A DNA stretch of 64,000 nt. Source: Myxococcales bacterium. GTDB lineage: Bacteria > Myxococcota_A > Polyangia > Polyangiales > Polyangiaceae. A program made the translations under genes and the position numbers. The stretch spans positions 1-64,000 of the forward strand of contig JAYTOU010000032.1 in assembly GCA_043747615.1 (NCBI GenBank), written 5' to 3'. Of the stretch, positions 39,605-49,827 are shown one piece after another (position 1 is the first letter of the stretch; each line of letters starts with the position of its first letter). The notes below the pieces were generated by a model. The model was not told where the DNA came from. It was given only the letters and a program-made list of their open reading frames with translations, and did not search any database.

Positions 39605-41730
39605 CAAAATGCGTCGAAGAAGGGGGCAAGCCGATCGCTGGCGATGGCGAACGTCGCGTTGACGCCCTCGATGCGTGCCAAGTGCATCTTCTCGTTCTTG
39701 CGGATCGCGGAACGACCAACGATGAAATGCCTTGGTTTTCCGCCACCGTCGGCGCTGGAGGCGATCCGTACGTCGAGAAGCGGGGCCGAGAATCCCTCGT
39801 CAGCGATGGCCGCGCCGAGGTGAACGACTTCGTCGGCGCGGAGCTGACCGAGCGCCGTAGCTATCTTCTCTGCCGCGTCGCGCGGGCCGCCCGCCGGGCC
39901 TACCAGGCGAGCCCCTTCGCGCGTGAAGACGGCGCTCTTCGAGCCCTGACCAAGGGTGACGCTCTTGAGCGAAGCGCCGTCGACGAAGAATCCGTTTCGA
40001 TCGACGAGCACGCGCGCGGCAAGATCGCGAAGTGATCGAGGGACGACGAGGACGTGCGGGCTGGCGAGCGTTCGCGCGTACACACCACCCTCCCCTTCGC
40101 CCCCGAACACGAGACCGATGGTGCGTGCGCCGCCGTCCCCTCCGCCCACCGTGACGGACACGCGGCAGGTCGACGTGCCGAGCGCGAAGTCTCCGTGATC
40201 TTCGTCGGCTACCCAGGACTCGGCCTTGGCGCGCATGATGGCTTCGGCGAGCTCGATGGCACCTGCGTTGTCGGCGTCGTAGCCGGCGGGCTTCTTCATC
40301 GTGAACCCGCTTCCGCCGCGCGTGAGCTCCTGCGTGACGCCGCCGCAGCTCGTCTCGAGAGCGACGATCGGCTTGCCGTCGACCGGAGGTGTCCAGATTT
40401 CGCGGCCGAGGAGTGACGTTGCGCGCGGCTCGAGCTTCCGAGCGACGTCGGCAGAGATCACTAGGCTGGTGCCATCATCGAGGCGGCGCGCGACGAGTCG
40501 CCCCTGACCGCCGACCTCCACGGTCTCGACGAGGTGGCTCTCGGCACGCGTGATCGAAGCCCGGAGACGCGGGGGAGCAGCGACACCAAGCTCCGCCGGG
40601 GCTCCCTCGACGTGGGTGAGCGACGCCACGAGAGCGTTCGCCATCTCTACTTCGTCGCCGACAAGATCGCGATTGATGGGAGCACGCTGATGCCATCCGC
40701 TCCCTTTGCGCGCGATCTCGAGGACGGCGCCACTCGGTGACGCTTCGAGACGCAGCTCTTCGACTTCGTCCTTGCGCGCGAAGAAGATGTGCTTGTCGAC
40801 GAGCTCATCGCGCGTCGTTCCGAGCCCCTCGAGCACGCCTTTGGGTGCGCAGGCAGCGACCGGATTCGGCGCGCGGCGGATGACGACGAGGTCCTCGGCA
40901 TGACCGGGGCACTCCCCGCCGAGGACGAGCTCGCCTTGCGGAAGGCTGGTGTCCTTCGGGGTCATCACGATCGTGACGTGCGGCGTGCCCATCGCTCGCT
41001 CGGCATCCGGGACGCTCAGAAAAGACTCGGCGCGCATTTCGGCGAGCGCGCGCCACACCTTGTCGATCCCGTCACGCGATACCCGGGGGCCGCCGTGGAA
41101 GCGGAAGCTGAGATCGTCGACGCGGTCGAGCTGCACTTTCTGGGTGAGCGATACGAGCTCGAGATGCCCGAGACCGATCGACAAGTACGGAACAATCGTT
41201 CGCTCGCGGTACGTATCGGCGGACTTCGTGAGCTCGGTGGCAAAATCACGCGACACGACGAAGACGCTCTTGCCGTCGAGCCGGAGGTAGGCGGCGCCTT
41301 CCGGCGTGGGCGCGGGCCCACCAAGATCGAAGTGGTAGGTGACCGCTCCCATGGAGAGCGTGGCGCGCGCGCGAGGGGCCTCGAAGCCAGCGCCGTCGCC
41401 GGGCTTGAGGGTGCGCACGACGCTCGCGAAATCGAGGACGCCGACCAGGTTGTCGACCGTCGAGGGATCGGCTTTGGCAACGAGCGGCGATTTCATGAGC
41501 CAGGTGGAGTCCGAGCCGTCGCCGAGATCGCGCTCGAGGACGATGTCTTCCGCGCCGTGGACGATCTCGATTCGAGTGACGTTTTCGCGGCGAAACGCAG
41601 GGAAAACGTTGTGCGCTCGCTGCGCGCGCTCGCCATCGGTGACCCCGCCATCGAACGCGTACGCGTAAACGAGCGCCGCGACGGCCGCGAAAATGACCAC
41701 GATGGAGGTGAGGTGCTTTTTCAGCTTCAC
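39604..41730 (-). CDS. DUF4340-type periplasmic protein (repeated domains)
   Basis: N-terminal TM, about three repeats of 'W....P....AD...V..L', and position after a GldG-like gene. Confidence 0.7.
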   Translation of the reverse strand: MKLKKHLTSIVVIFAAVAALVYAYAFDGGVTDGERAQRAHNVFPAFRRENVTRIEIVHGAEDIVLERDLGDGSDSTWLMKSPLVAKADPSTVDNLVGVLDFASVVRTLKPGDGAGFEAPRARATLSMGAVTYHFDLGGPAPTPEGAAYLRLDGKSVFVVSRDFATELTKSADTYRERTIVPYLSIGLGHLELVSLTQKVQLDRVDDLSFRFHGGPRVSRDGIDKVWRALAEMRAESFLSVPDAERAMGTPHVTIVMTPKDTSLPQGELVLGGECPGHAEDLVVIRRAPNPVAACAPKGVLEGLGTTRDELVDKHIFFARKDEVEELRLEASPSGAVLEIARKGSGWHQRAPINRDLVGDEVEMANALVASLTHVEGAPAELGVAAPPRLRASITRAESHLVETVEVGGQGRLVARRLDDGTSLVISADVARKLEPRATSLLGREIWTPPVDGKPIVALETSCGGVTQELTRGGSGFTMKKPAGYDADNAGAIELAEAIMRAKAESWVADEDHGDFALGTSTCRVSVTVGGGDGGARTIGLVFGGEGEGGVYARTLASPHVLVVPRSLRDLAARVLVDRNGFFVDGASLKSVTLGQGSKSAVFTREGARLVGPAGGPRDAAEKIATALGQLRADEVVHLGAAIADEGFSAPLLDVRIASSADGGGKPRHFIVGRSAIRKNEKMHLARIEGVNATFAIASDRLAPFFDAF

Positions 41731-43301
41731 GTCTTCTCGTTGTCCTTCGTGATGCGCTTCCGCGGATTTCGCTCGGTGCTCCGCCGCCAGAGGCCAATGC
41801 CGAGCCCGAAGAGAATGCTCGTGAGCGGCATGAAGACCAGCACGTAGCGACGAACCTCGTTGCGCGATTCTTCAGTGATGCGAATGCCCGCCGCGACGCT
41901 CGGCTTCGCAGGCACGTCGAGAATCGCGGGCTTCGACGCGAGCCACGAGATCGCGCTCTCCACGAGAAATGCCGCGCCGCGCGCCGGGGCCGGATCACGC
42001 CAATTTCGCTGGAGCATCGCGGTGCCCGCGCCGATCACCACCACGCGCGGACCGTGCGGCGCCGTCTTCGAGAGCTTCGGTCGCTCGCTGGCCATGGCGA
42101 GCACGAGCGGCCCTTTGAGATCGCGGTCCTGTTTTTCGGGAACTCCGCTCCAGTTGGCAGCGCCGGCAATGCTCGTCACGCCGAACGACTTGTCACTCGA
42201 CGCTAAGAGGTCGACCGCCGTGCTCGCGCCGTCCGGGACGACGTGGCGGAGCGAGCGCGTGAAATGCAAAACCACCCGCGGTGGATCGCGCGACTCATCG
42301 CTGGCCACCAAGCCGGCGGTCACCGGATGTACCTTGGGGAGGGCGATGAAGCGAATGCCGCGCTCTTCGGGGATCGTCAGTCGGGCGTCGAGCTCGAAGA
42401 CCAAGTCCTCGTTGAGGCCGATTCCGAACGGGCCGAGCGCATCTCCCAATCCCGAGGGAATCATGCCGCTTTCGCTCGCAGCGTTGATCGGGCCGACCGC
42501 CAAGAGAAGGCTCCCGCCCTCGAAGAGGTACGTTCGCAGCCTGGCCTCTTCCTCTTTCGCGAAGGGCGCGCGGGGAGCCGCGACGATGGCAACAGTGCAT
42601 CCTTTGAAAGGCTCGTGCGCGTTTGGCTCGGTGGTGTCGACGCTCACCGTTTCAAAGTTGTCCTTCTCGAGGACGTCCTTCAGATGTCCGAGCCCCTCGT
42701 CGCTTCCGTCGGCGATGGAGAGCTCGCCATGGCCAACGGTGAAGCAGGCGCGCACTTTTTCGCCGCCGATCACGTTGCGAATGGCGCCGGTGATAGCCTG
42801 CTCCTCGCGCGGTTTTGCGCGGGAGTCCGAGGCACCGATCTCGAACATGTCACCGGGTGCGAGAAACCAGTGCTTGTCTCCGCGCGCGACCACCATGACC
42901 GCGTCCGTGACGACCCGTCCGTCGGCCGTGCGGCCGGTATCGATCCGGAAACGCTTTCGTACGTCCTCGAGGGCCAGCGAGTCTTTGTCGGGGTCGATGT
43001 AATGCACATCGAGCTTCGTCGTCTCACCCTGGTAGCTCACGAGAAGCTGTTTGATGCTCTGTTCCAGGGGATCGCCGCCGCCAAGCATCACCCACATTTC
43101 CACGTGGTCCGACAGATCGTGGAGCGTGGTCAGGGTGGCCGGCGTGAGCGTATAGAGCTTTCCGGAGGTCCAGTCCCAGCGGCGGTAGTGACGTGCCGCA
43201 AGGACGTTGACGACCACCGTCACCACCATGGCCGCGACCACGCCCGCAAGGGTTAGGCTGCGCGCCGCGTCGAGCCCGAAGACCCCTTTTTTGGTGCTCA
43301 C
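41727..43301 (-). CDS. GldG-like ABC transporter auxiliary component
   Basis: RWDWTSGKLYTL, EQAITGAI, FTVGHGE, L.GGSLL and a C-terminal TM. Confidence 0.8.
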   Translation of the reverse strand: MSTKKGVFGLDAARSLTLAGVVAAMVVTVVVNVLAARHYRRWDWTSGKLYTLTPATLTTLHDLSDHVEMWVMLGGGDPLEQSIKQLLVSYQGETTKLDVHYIDPDKDSLALEDVRKRFRIDTGRTADGRVVTDAVMVVARGDKHWFLAPGDMFEIGASDSRAKPREEQAITGAIRNVIGGEKVRACFTVGHGELSIADGSDEGLGHLKDVLEKDNFETVSVDTTEPNAHEPFKGCTVAIVAAPRAPFAKEEEARLRTYLFEGGSLLLAVGPINAASESGMIPSGLGDALGPFGIGLNEDLVFELDARLTIPEERGIRFIALPKVHPVTAGLVASDESRDPPRVVLHFTRSLRHVVPDGASTAVDLLASSDKSFGVTSIAGAANWSGVPEKQDRDLKGPLVLAMASERPKLSKTAPHGPRVVVIGAGTAMLQRNWRDPAPARGAAFLVESAISWLASKPAILDVPAKPSVAAGIRITEESRNEVRRYVLVFMPLTSILFGLGIGLWRRSTERNPRKRITKDNEKT

Positions 43302-43306
43302 GTGCG

Positions 43307-44056
43307 CTACCCCCACCGCCACGCGTCGACGGCGCGGGTCGTGATGAAGAGAGGCAGAAGGATGAGCGACGCATCGAAGACCAAGCGGCGCGAGTCAATG
43401 ACGCCACTGGCAAAATCGTTCATCTGCGCCCACACCGAGACGTGCGCGCACACGTCGTGAATGGCGGTGCCTTCCCGGGTGATGAACTCGCCAACGCCGA
43501 GAATGAAGAGGGCGAGGATGACCAGACCGGTCGTGATCAGCGCCAAGAACTGGCTCTTCGTGAGCGCGCTCATCATGAGGCCGAGCGAGAGGTAGCCCGA
43601 ACCGACCAAGAGGACTCCGAGGTAGCTCGAACCGGCCACCTGCCAATCGATCGCCCCGGTGCGCTTGAGAATCACCAAGTAGAGGAGCGTCGGCAGCCAC
43701 ATGACGATGTACGTCGTGACCACTGCCGCATACTTCGCGAGCACCACGGCGACGCTGGATACGGGCGCCGTCATGAGCCCTTCGATCGTTCCGCTCCGCC
43801 GCTCTTCGGCGAAGAGCCGCATGGTCATCGCGGGGATCAGCAAGAACAGGATCAAGTAGAGGAGAACGGTGTTTCCGAAGAAGGCCTGGAGGGGCGTCTG
43901 GTCGCCGGAGATTTCCGTCTGGCTCGCGAAGTGATCGACGAGGAGAAAGAAGTGCATTCCTTGCACGAAGAGAAAAACCGAGATGAGCACCCAGGCGAGC
44001 GGGGTGATGAAGAACGCGAAGAGCTCGCGCTTGTAGATGGGCCAGAAGCTCCTCAC
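43307..44056 (-). CDS. ABC-2 permease (GldF-like)
   Basis: KRELFAFFITPLAW and TMRLFAEERRSGTIE.L.T.P. Confidence 0.88.
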   Translation of the reverse strand: MRSFWPIYKRELFAFFITPLAWVLISVFLFVQGMHFFLLVDHFASQTEISGDQTPLQAFFGNTVLLYLILFLLIPAMTMRLFAEERRSGTIEGLMTAPVSSVAVVLAKYAAVVTTYIVMWLPTLLYLVILKRTGAIDWQVAGSSYLGVLLVGSGYLSLGLMMSALTKSQFLALITTGLVILALFILGVGEFITREGTAIHDVCAHVSVWAQMNDFASGVIDSRRLVFDASLILLPLFITTRAVDAWRWG

Positions 44057-45036
44057 GCCGAGAGCTCCTCTTCTTCTTCAGGGTCGCTGACCGCCGAATC
44101 GCGGGTGAGCTCGGCGAACACTTCTTCGAGTGACCCACCGACGGCGTGCACCTCGCGAACGTGGATGCCTGCGCCGACGAGGGCGTGCACCGTTGCTTCG
44201 GTCGCTGTCGCGATGTCCGACTCGGGCAACTTTTTCGCCCACGTGCAGAGGAGCGTTTTCGCCTCTTTCCCAGCTCCTTCGCGAACTTTGGCGATCCCAT
44301 CGATGGCCTTCAACGTGCGCACCGCGAGCGCGATGTCGCCGCGGACCACCACCTCCAGCGCCGCGTTTCGCCGCATCTTCTGGATGTCCGCCGTCGGCCC
44401 TTCTGCCACGAGCTTTCCCTTCGCGATGAGGATCAATCGTCCGCAGCTCGCTTCGACCTCGCTGAGAATGTGCGTCGAGAGAAGGACGGTGTGCTCCGAG
44501 CCCAGCGCCTTAATGACCCCACGCACTTCGCGAATCTGGTTGGGATCGAGGCCCGCCGTCGGCTCGTCGAGGATGAGGATCGGAGGCTTGGCCACGAGGG
44601 CGTCGGCGAGCCCTACGCGCTGTCGGTATCCCTTCGACAGATTGCCGATGAGCGTCGTGGCGACATCGAAGACGTTCGCCTTCTCCATGGCTTCGTCGAC
44701 CTGTGCGCGCCGCTTCGCTCGGGCAACGCGCTTCAATTCAGCGCGAAACGTGAGGTATTCGGCGACGCGCATCTCTCCGTAAAGCGGAACGGCCTCGGGC
44801 ATGTAACCGATGCAGCTCCGCGCCTCGAAGGAGTCATCTTCCACGTCGTAGCCCGCGATCTTTACCTCACCGCTGGTCATCCCGAGGAAGCCGGCGAGGA
44901 TCCGGAGCGTGGTGCTCTTGCCCGCGCCGTTTGGTCCGAGAAATCCCACGACCTCTCCCTTGCCGACCTCGAACGACACGTCATCGACCGCGAGGCGCGA
45001 ACCGTAGCGTTTGACGAGCTTGGAGACGGAGATCAT
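44053..45036 (-). CDS. ABC transporter ATP-binding protein (GldA-like)
   Basis: GPNGAGKST, LSKGYRQRVGLA, LDEPTAGLDPNQ and STHIL; ATG at 45036. Confidence 0.92.
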   Translation of the reverse strand: MISVSKLVKRYGSRLAVDDVSFEVGKGEVVGFLGPNGAGKSTTLRILAGFLGMTSGEVKIAGYDVEDDSFEARSCIGYMPEAVPLYGEMRVAEYLTFRAELKRVARAKRRAQVDEAMEKANVFDVATTLIGNLSKGYRQRVGLADALVAKPPILILDEPTAGLDPNQIREVRGVIKALGSEHTVLLSTHILSEVEASCGRLILIAKGKLVAEGPTADIQKMRRNAALEVVVRGDIALAVRTLKAIDGIAKVREGAGKEAKTLLCTWAKKLPESDIATATEATVHALVGAGIHVREVHAVGGSLEEVFAELTRDSAVSDPEEEEELSA

Positions 45037-45099
45037 CGATTCGACCGCATCGCGAGATAGCACGAGGTCGCGGCCGCGTGGTAATCGCTCGCATCGAAG

Positions 45100-46107
45100 A
45101 TGTCTCGCCTGGAATTTTCGGCGTTCGCGCTGGCCATCGGGGCTTGGGTCCTGCTCGCTTCCTGCCGCGGGGTGACAGCCGGCCCCGGAGCCATGGGAAG
45201 CTCGTCGGCAAGCGCGATCCTTTCGCAACCAGACGCAGCCCCCGAGGTGAGCGAACCGATCACCCCCCCGCAGGTGGTGCCGCCGGAACAGCCCCTCGCG
45301 GACGCAGGGCTCAACGCGGAGAGCGGGAACGCAGACATGCTTCGTGTCCCGGGTGGCACCTTCACGATGGGCGCCGATCGCGGAGGCGAAGAAGACGAGC
45401 ACCCCGCGCACAGCGTCGCTGTGGCTGGTTTTTGGCTCGATCGTACCGAGGTCACCAACGCTGCCTACGTCGCGTGTGTGGCGACGAAGACGTGTCGAGC
45501 CCCTGAAGGCAACGTGGCCGCGGTGATGCACGCCGGACCGGATTCCGGATTTCATCGCTCGCTCCAACCCGTGGTCGGCGTTGGCTGGGAGGATGCGCGT
45601 GCATACTGCACATGGATCGGCAAACGACTTCCACGCGAAGCGGAGTTCGAGCGGGCGGTGCGCGGCGATGACGGCAGACGCTTTCCCTGGGGCAACGATC
45701 CACCGACCCGCGAGCGGACGTGCTTCGGGCGGCTCCTCGTATCGGGCAGCACGACCGACGACGTGGGAGCACACCCCGCGGGCAAAGGTCCCTACGGTCA
45801 CGACGATTTGGCGGGGAACGTCTGGGAGTGGCTCGAGGACGAATACGATCCGATCGCGTACACGCGGAGCACCGCCGCCGAAGGAAAGCCTGGGAGCTGC
45901 CAGGAGATCTTGGCTGCCTGCGCAAAGCTTCGCGCGGACGGAAAGCAGGGATTTACCGGGTCGAATCCGATCCCCACTACCTGCGAGCACGTGCTGCGCG
46001 GCGGGGCTTTCAACTACGACGGCCCGAGTCTACGCAGCACGAACCGCGTGCATCACCCCGGCAACTATCGCTTGGTGATGACCGGCTTTCGCTGCGCCAA
46101 AGACTGA
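45100..46107 (+). CDS. Lipoprotein with an FGE/SUMF1 (formylglycine-generating enzyme-like) domain
   Basis: GGTFTMG, TEVTN, KRLPREAEFE, DLAGNVWEW, RGG...GFRC. Confidence 0.85.
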   Translation: MSRLEFSAFALAIGAWVLLASCRGVTAGPGAMGSSSASAILSQPDAAPEVSEPITPPQVVPPEQPLADAGLNAESGNADMLRVPGGTFTMGADRGGEEDEHPAHSVAVAGFWLDRTEVTNAAYVACVATKTCRAPEGNVAAVMHAGPDSGFHRSLQPVVGVGWEDARAYCTWIGKRLPREAEFERAVRGDDGRRFPWGNDPPTRERTCFGRLLVSGSTTDDVGAHPAGKGPYGHDDLAGNVWEWLEDEYDPIAYTRSTAAEGKPGSCQEILAACAKLRADGKQGFTGSNPIPTTCEHVLRGGAFNYDGPSLRSTNRVHHPGNYRLVMTGFRCAKD

Positions 46108-46122
46108 GCGGCGAAGCGTGAC

Positions 46123-46590
46123 TTAGCTGCGGACGCGCCAGTTGCCGACGATCGTCTTTCCGACGTCGTCGCAGGTGGGATCGGTGATGACGAGCTCTGG
46201 TCTGCCCGCGTGGCTCACGAGTATCGAGTTCTGACGAAACACGCGACCGAAGGCGATGGCCTCTTCGCGATCCATTCCGTGCACCAGCCACGACGGCTCA
46301 CGCCAGGTCGCCTCGGGCTCCTCTTCGTAGCCAACGCACGCGTCCACGCGGTAGCAGCCGAGGATCAGTAGATCCCTCAGCACGACATGCCGCGCGTCGT
46401 TCACCTTGCGGGGCAGCAACATCGACCGCGGGTTGTACGCGGTGAGCACGGTGAAGGGGCGGGTCAGGAGCTCGGGAAGCGTCGAAGGATCCGTGATGAT
46501 GTCGCCGTCGAGGGAAACCCGGAGCGGTCCGCTACCGGTCGGAAGATCGTAAACGGTCGCCAGGTATTGCCGGAGCAGCGTCTGATCCAT
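46123..46590 (-). CDS. DUF3293-like protein
   Basis: LTAYNPRS, N.ARH, W.EPS and FRQNSI motifs. Confidence 0.7.
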   Translation of the reverse strand: MDQTLLRQYLATVYDLPTGSGPLRVSLDGDIITDPSTLPELLTRPFTVLTAYNPRSMLLPRKVNDARHVVLRDLLILGCYRVDACVGYEEEPEATWREPSWLVHGMDREEAIAFGRVFRQNSILVSHAGRPELVITDPTCDDVGKTIVGNWRVRS

Positions 46591-46665
46591 CGTGATGCCC
46601 GAATAGCACAGAATCCGCTCAGCCGTCGTGCAGGTAGCACGACGACACGAGCTCATGAGAATCGC

Positions 46666-47412
46666 TCAGCCGTCGAAGCGGTAGCCCACGCCGCGCACCG
46701 TCTGAAAGTGCTTTGGCGCCTGGGGATCGGGCTCGAGCTTCGCCCGCAACTGCTGCATGAAGTTGTCGATCGTGCGCGGCGTCCCGTGATGATTCGGACC
46801 CCAAACGGTGTTGAAGATCACCTCGCGACTGAGCACACGCCCCTTCGCACGCACGAGGCACATGAGGACGTCGAACTCGGTGGCGGTCATCTCCACGAGC
46901 TCCCCCGCGCGCCGGACGTTGCGCCCGTCGACGTCGATGACCACGTCGCCGAAGATGAAGGTCGACGCCGGCACCTGGCTCGGCCCGCGTCTCAGGGCCG
47001 CGCGCACCCGGGCGAGGAGCTCGGCAAGACTGAATGGCTTGGCCACGTAGTCTTCCGCTCCGAGCTCGAGCCCGGTGACCTTGTCCATCTCTGCGGTGCG
47101 AGCGCTCAGAATGATGACCGGCATGCGCCGACCCTCGCGACGGATCGTGTTGAGCACTTCGAAGCCGTTCATACGCGGGAGCATGAGATCGAGGATCACG
47201 AGATCCGGAGCCTCACCGCGAACGAGATCGAGCCCCTGCTCGCCGTCCTCCGCGACGCTCACCAGGTAGCCTTCGGCCTCGAGATTGATGCGCAGGCCGA
47301 GCGCGATACTAGCGTCGTCTTCCACCACGAGGACGCGCCGCGCCGGAGCGTCGCCCTGGTTCTGCGCCCGACGCGTGGCGATGACCCCTCGACTGCCGCT
47401 ATTGCTCGTCAT
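46666..47412 (-). CDS. OmpR-family response regulator
   Basis: VVEDD, LDLMLP, GAEDYVAKPF, RTIDNF and TVRGVGYRF. Confidence 0.93.
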   Translation of the reverse strand: MTSNSGSRGVIATRRAQNQGDAPARRVLVVEDDASIALGLRINLEAEGYLVSVAEDGEQGLDLVRGEAPDLVILDLMLPRMNGFEVLNTIRREGRRMPVIILSARTAEMDKVTGLELGAEDYVAKPFSLAELLARVRAALRRGPSQVPASTFIFGDVVIDVDGRNVRRAGELVEMTATEFDVLMCLVRAKGRVLSREVIFNTVWGPNHHGTPRTIDNFMQQLRAKLEPDPQAPKHFQTVRGVGYRFDG

Positions 47413-48368
47413 CCGCGCGCTTCCGCGGGTTCCTTGGCGCGCTCGACGACGACCTCCGGCAAAATAATGCTGAACGTGCTGCCGTGGCCAACGTTGCTCT
47501 CGAGCAAGATCCGGCCTCCGTGCGCACGCACGATGTGCTTCACGATTGCCAAGCCAAGACCGCTCCCTTCACGCTCACGGGAGAGACGGTCGTCGATCCG
47601 GTAGAACTTGTCGAAAATTCGGCCTTGTTCGGTGTGGATGATGCCCCCACCGTTGTCTGCCACCTCGATGTGCACCTCGCCTCTGTCGACCCGATGAAAG
47701 GCCCGAAGGCGGACGTGCAGCGGGTCTCCCCCGTATTTCTTGGCGTTCGAGAGAAGATTCACTATGGCATCGACGAGCGCGTGACGGTCGACATGGACTC
47801 GTGGAAGGTTGGGCGCCACCTCGGAGGTGAAATCGATGTCACCGTAGCGCAGTGGGGGAAAGGCCTCGATCGCCTCGCTAACGATGCCCGCCACCTCCTC
47901 GTCGCGCAGATCGTAGAGCTTGCGCCCCGCCTCCATGCGACCCCAGTCGAGGAGCCGCTCGATGCGGTTGGTGAGACGCTCGCTCTCCTTGATGAGTAGA
48001 CCGAGGCACTTGTCGACGGTCGCCGGATCCTCTTTCGACCGCTCCATCGTCTCCGCGAAGAGGCGAATGGCGGTGAGGGGCGTCCGGAGCTCGTGGCTGA
48101 CCTTGGAGACGAAGTCGGCCTGGAGCTCGCTCAGGTTCGCTTCGCGTCTCACGAAGACGAGGACGAGGACGACGCCGGTGGCAACGACGGACACGATCGT
48201 GACCGTCAAGATGCCTAGAATGAGGCTGATTCGCGCTTCACCGACCGCCATGAGCACGATGCCCAAAAAGAGCATGAGCACCGTCGGAACGATGATCGTG
48301 TAGATGAGCAGCTGGACGATTCGGCGGTAGCCGAGGCGCTGAAAGTTCTTGGTGGGGCGGTAAGCCAC
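47409..48368 (-). CDS. Sensor histidine kinase (two TMs, no extracellular domain)
   Basis: SHELRTPLT, NLLSNAKKY, DNGGGI and GSGLGLAI. Confidence 0.92.
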   Translation of the reverse strand: MAYRPTKNFQRLGYRRIVQLLIYTIIVPTVLMLFLGIVLMAVGEARISLILGILTVTIVSVVATGVVLVLVFVRREANLSELQADFVSKVSHELRTPLTAIRLFAETMERSKEDPATVDKCLGLLIKESERLTNRIERLLDWGRMEAGRKLYDLRDEEVAGIVSEAIEAFPPLRYGDIDFTSEVAPNLPRVHVDRHALVDAIVNLLSNAKKYGGDPLHVRLRAFHRVDRGEVHIEVADNGGGIIHTEQGRIFDKFYRIDDRLSREREGSGLGLAIVKHIVRAHGGRILLESNVGHGSTFSIILPEVVVERAKEPAEARG

Positions 48369-48399
48369 GACGTCACGATGCCATGTCAGGCGAGCGCGG

Positions 48400-49722
48400 T
48401 CACGAGTCGACCTTCGGCTCGACGGACACCACGTCCGCTACGATGAGCGCCGAGCGCACGCGGATCGAGACCCGATCGCCGACGGTGACAGCCGCTCCGT
48501 CGACGATGGCGCGTCCGCTCGCCGTAGCAATCGCGTACCCGCGGGCGAGCACCTTGAGCGGACTCATGGCGTCGAGACGGCCAGCGAGCCCTTCGAGCGT
48601 TGCGCCGTGACGGGCCAAGATCATTCGCTCCGCGCTCCCCAAGCGCTGGGTGACGCGATCGAGAGAGAACCGATGACGCTCGAACGTGCGCGCGCTTGCC
48701 TCGAGACGCGTCACGCGATCGTCGAGGGTCTGCTGGAAGGAGGCGATCGCCAGGCGAGGATCTCCCATCCGCCGGAGCAACGTACCCAGTCGAGCGCGAT
48801 CGTCGGCGACACGCGCCCGCATACCCCGACGCAGACGAACCCGCATTTGCGCGAGGTGAGCGGCTTCTGCGCCGTGATCGGCGACCACCATCTCCGCTGC
48901 TTGCGAAGGGGTTGCGGCGCGCGCATCCGCCGCAAAATCGGTCAAGGTGACGTCGACCTCGTGGCCGACCGCGCTCACCACCGGGACGCGACAGGCCGCA
49001 ATCGCACGAACCACGGACTCCTCGTTGAAGGAGCCTAGGTCGTCGCTCGAACCGCCGCCGCGCCCGACGATGATCACGTCCACCGCGGCGACCCGCTGGA
49101 GCATGCGGAGCGCGCGCAGGATCGATTCCGCGGCGCCCGCGCCTTGCACTTGCGCGTCTGCCAAAAGGACGTGCGCCCCGCCCCGCCGGAAGGCGACTTT
49201 GACGATGTCGTGGATCACAGCGCCGCCTGCGCTGGTCACCACGCCGATGATGCGCGGCTCACGGGGGAGCGCTCGCTTTCGTTCAAGAGAGAAGAGGCCC
49301 TCGGCGGCGAGCTTCGCTTTCAGCTTCTCCAGAGCCTCGAGGAGCGCGCCCTTGCCGACCGGCTCCACGCGATCGGCGATGAACTGCAGCCGACCGCGCG
49401 GCGACCAGAACGTGGGCTTTCCGCGAAGACGAATGCGCGAGCCATCGACGATGAGCTTGCGTGCCCGGGCCGTGATGTTCGTCTTGTACATGGCGACGTC
49501 CACCGCGGCGTCCTCGGTCTCGTCTTTGAGTGTAAAGTACAAGTGTCCGCTCGAGGCAGGGCGCGCGCCGACCACTTCACCCTCTACCCACGCGGGAAGC
49601 TCGAAGCCCTCCTCGACGGCGCGTCGGATCATCCGATTGAGCTCACCGACGCTGAGCGCACGGGGCTCCTCCGGCGGGGGCGGCGGCGGAAACTTTGCCG
49701 AAAAATCAAAGGGAAGAGTCAA
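48400..49722 (-). CDS. xseA: Exodeoxyribonuclease VII large subunit
   Basis: SGHLYFTLKD, GRGGGS..DL..FN.E, VGHEVD, TPSQAAE and L.RGYAI. Confidence 0.95.
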   Translation of the reverse strand: MTLPFDFSAKFPPPPPPEEPRALSVGELNRMIRRAVEEGFELPAWVEGEVVGARPASSGHLYFTLKDETEDAAVDVAMYKTNITARARKLIVDGSRIRLRGKPTFWSPRGRLQFIADRVEPVGKGALLEALEKLKAKLAAEGLFSLERKRALPREPRIIGVVTSAGGAVIHDIVKVAFRRGGAHVLLADAQVQGAGAAESILRALRMLQRVAAVDVIIVGRGGGSSDDLGSFNEESVVRAIAACRVPVVSAVGHEVDVTLTDFAADARAATPSQAAEMVVADHGAEAAHLAQMRVRLRRGMRARVADDRARLGTLLRRMGDPRLAIASFQQTLDDRVTRLEASARTFERHRFSLDRVTQRLGSAERMILARHGATLEGLAGRLDAMSPLKVLARGYAIATASGRAIVDGAAVTVGDRVSIRVRSALIVADVVSVEPKVDS

Positions 49723-49827
49723 CGCTCGGCGAGCTTAGTCGAAGTGCTTTTGCCTGCGTCAATCTATAGGTCGCGTGATGGAAGTATCACGCGATACAGC
49801 GTCCCGAAGGTCGGCTAGTCTCGCCCC

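Noticed and set aside
44053..45990. 645-aa ABC ATPase and other long N-terminal extensions in the ORF track (28654-30540, 57517-59190, 58849-60621, 16861-18309)
   Set aside because: The extensions overlap other genuine genes; the true starts are downstream.
45100..46107. FGE/C-type-lectin-fold protein as a diversity-generating retroelement target
   Set aside because: No reverse transcriptase and no template repeat of its 3' end seen in the window.
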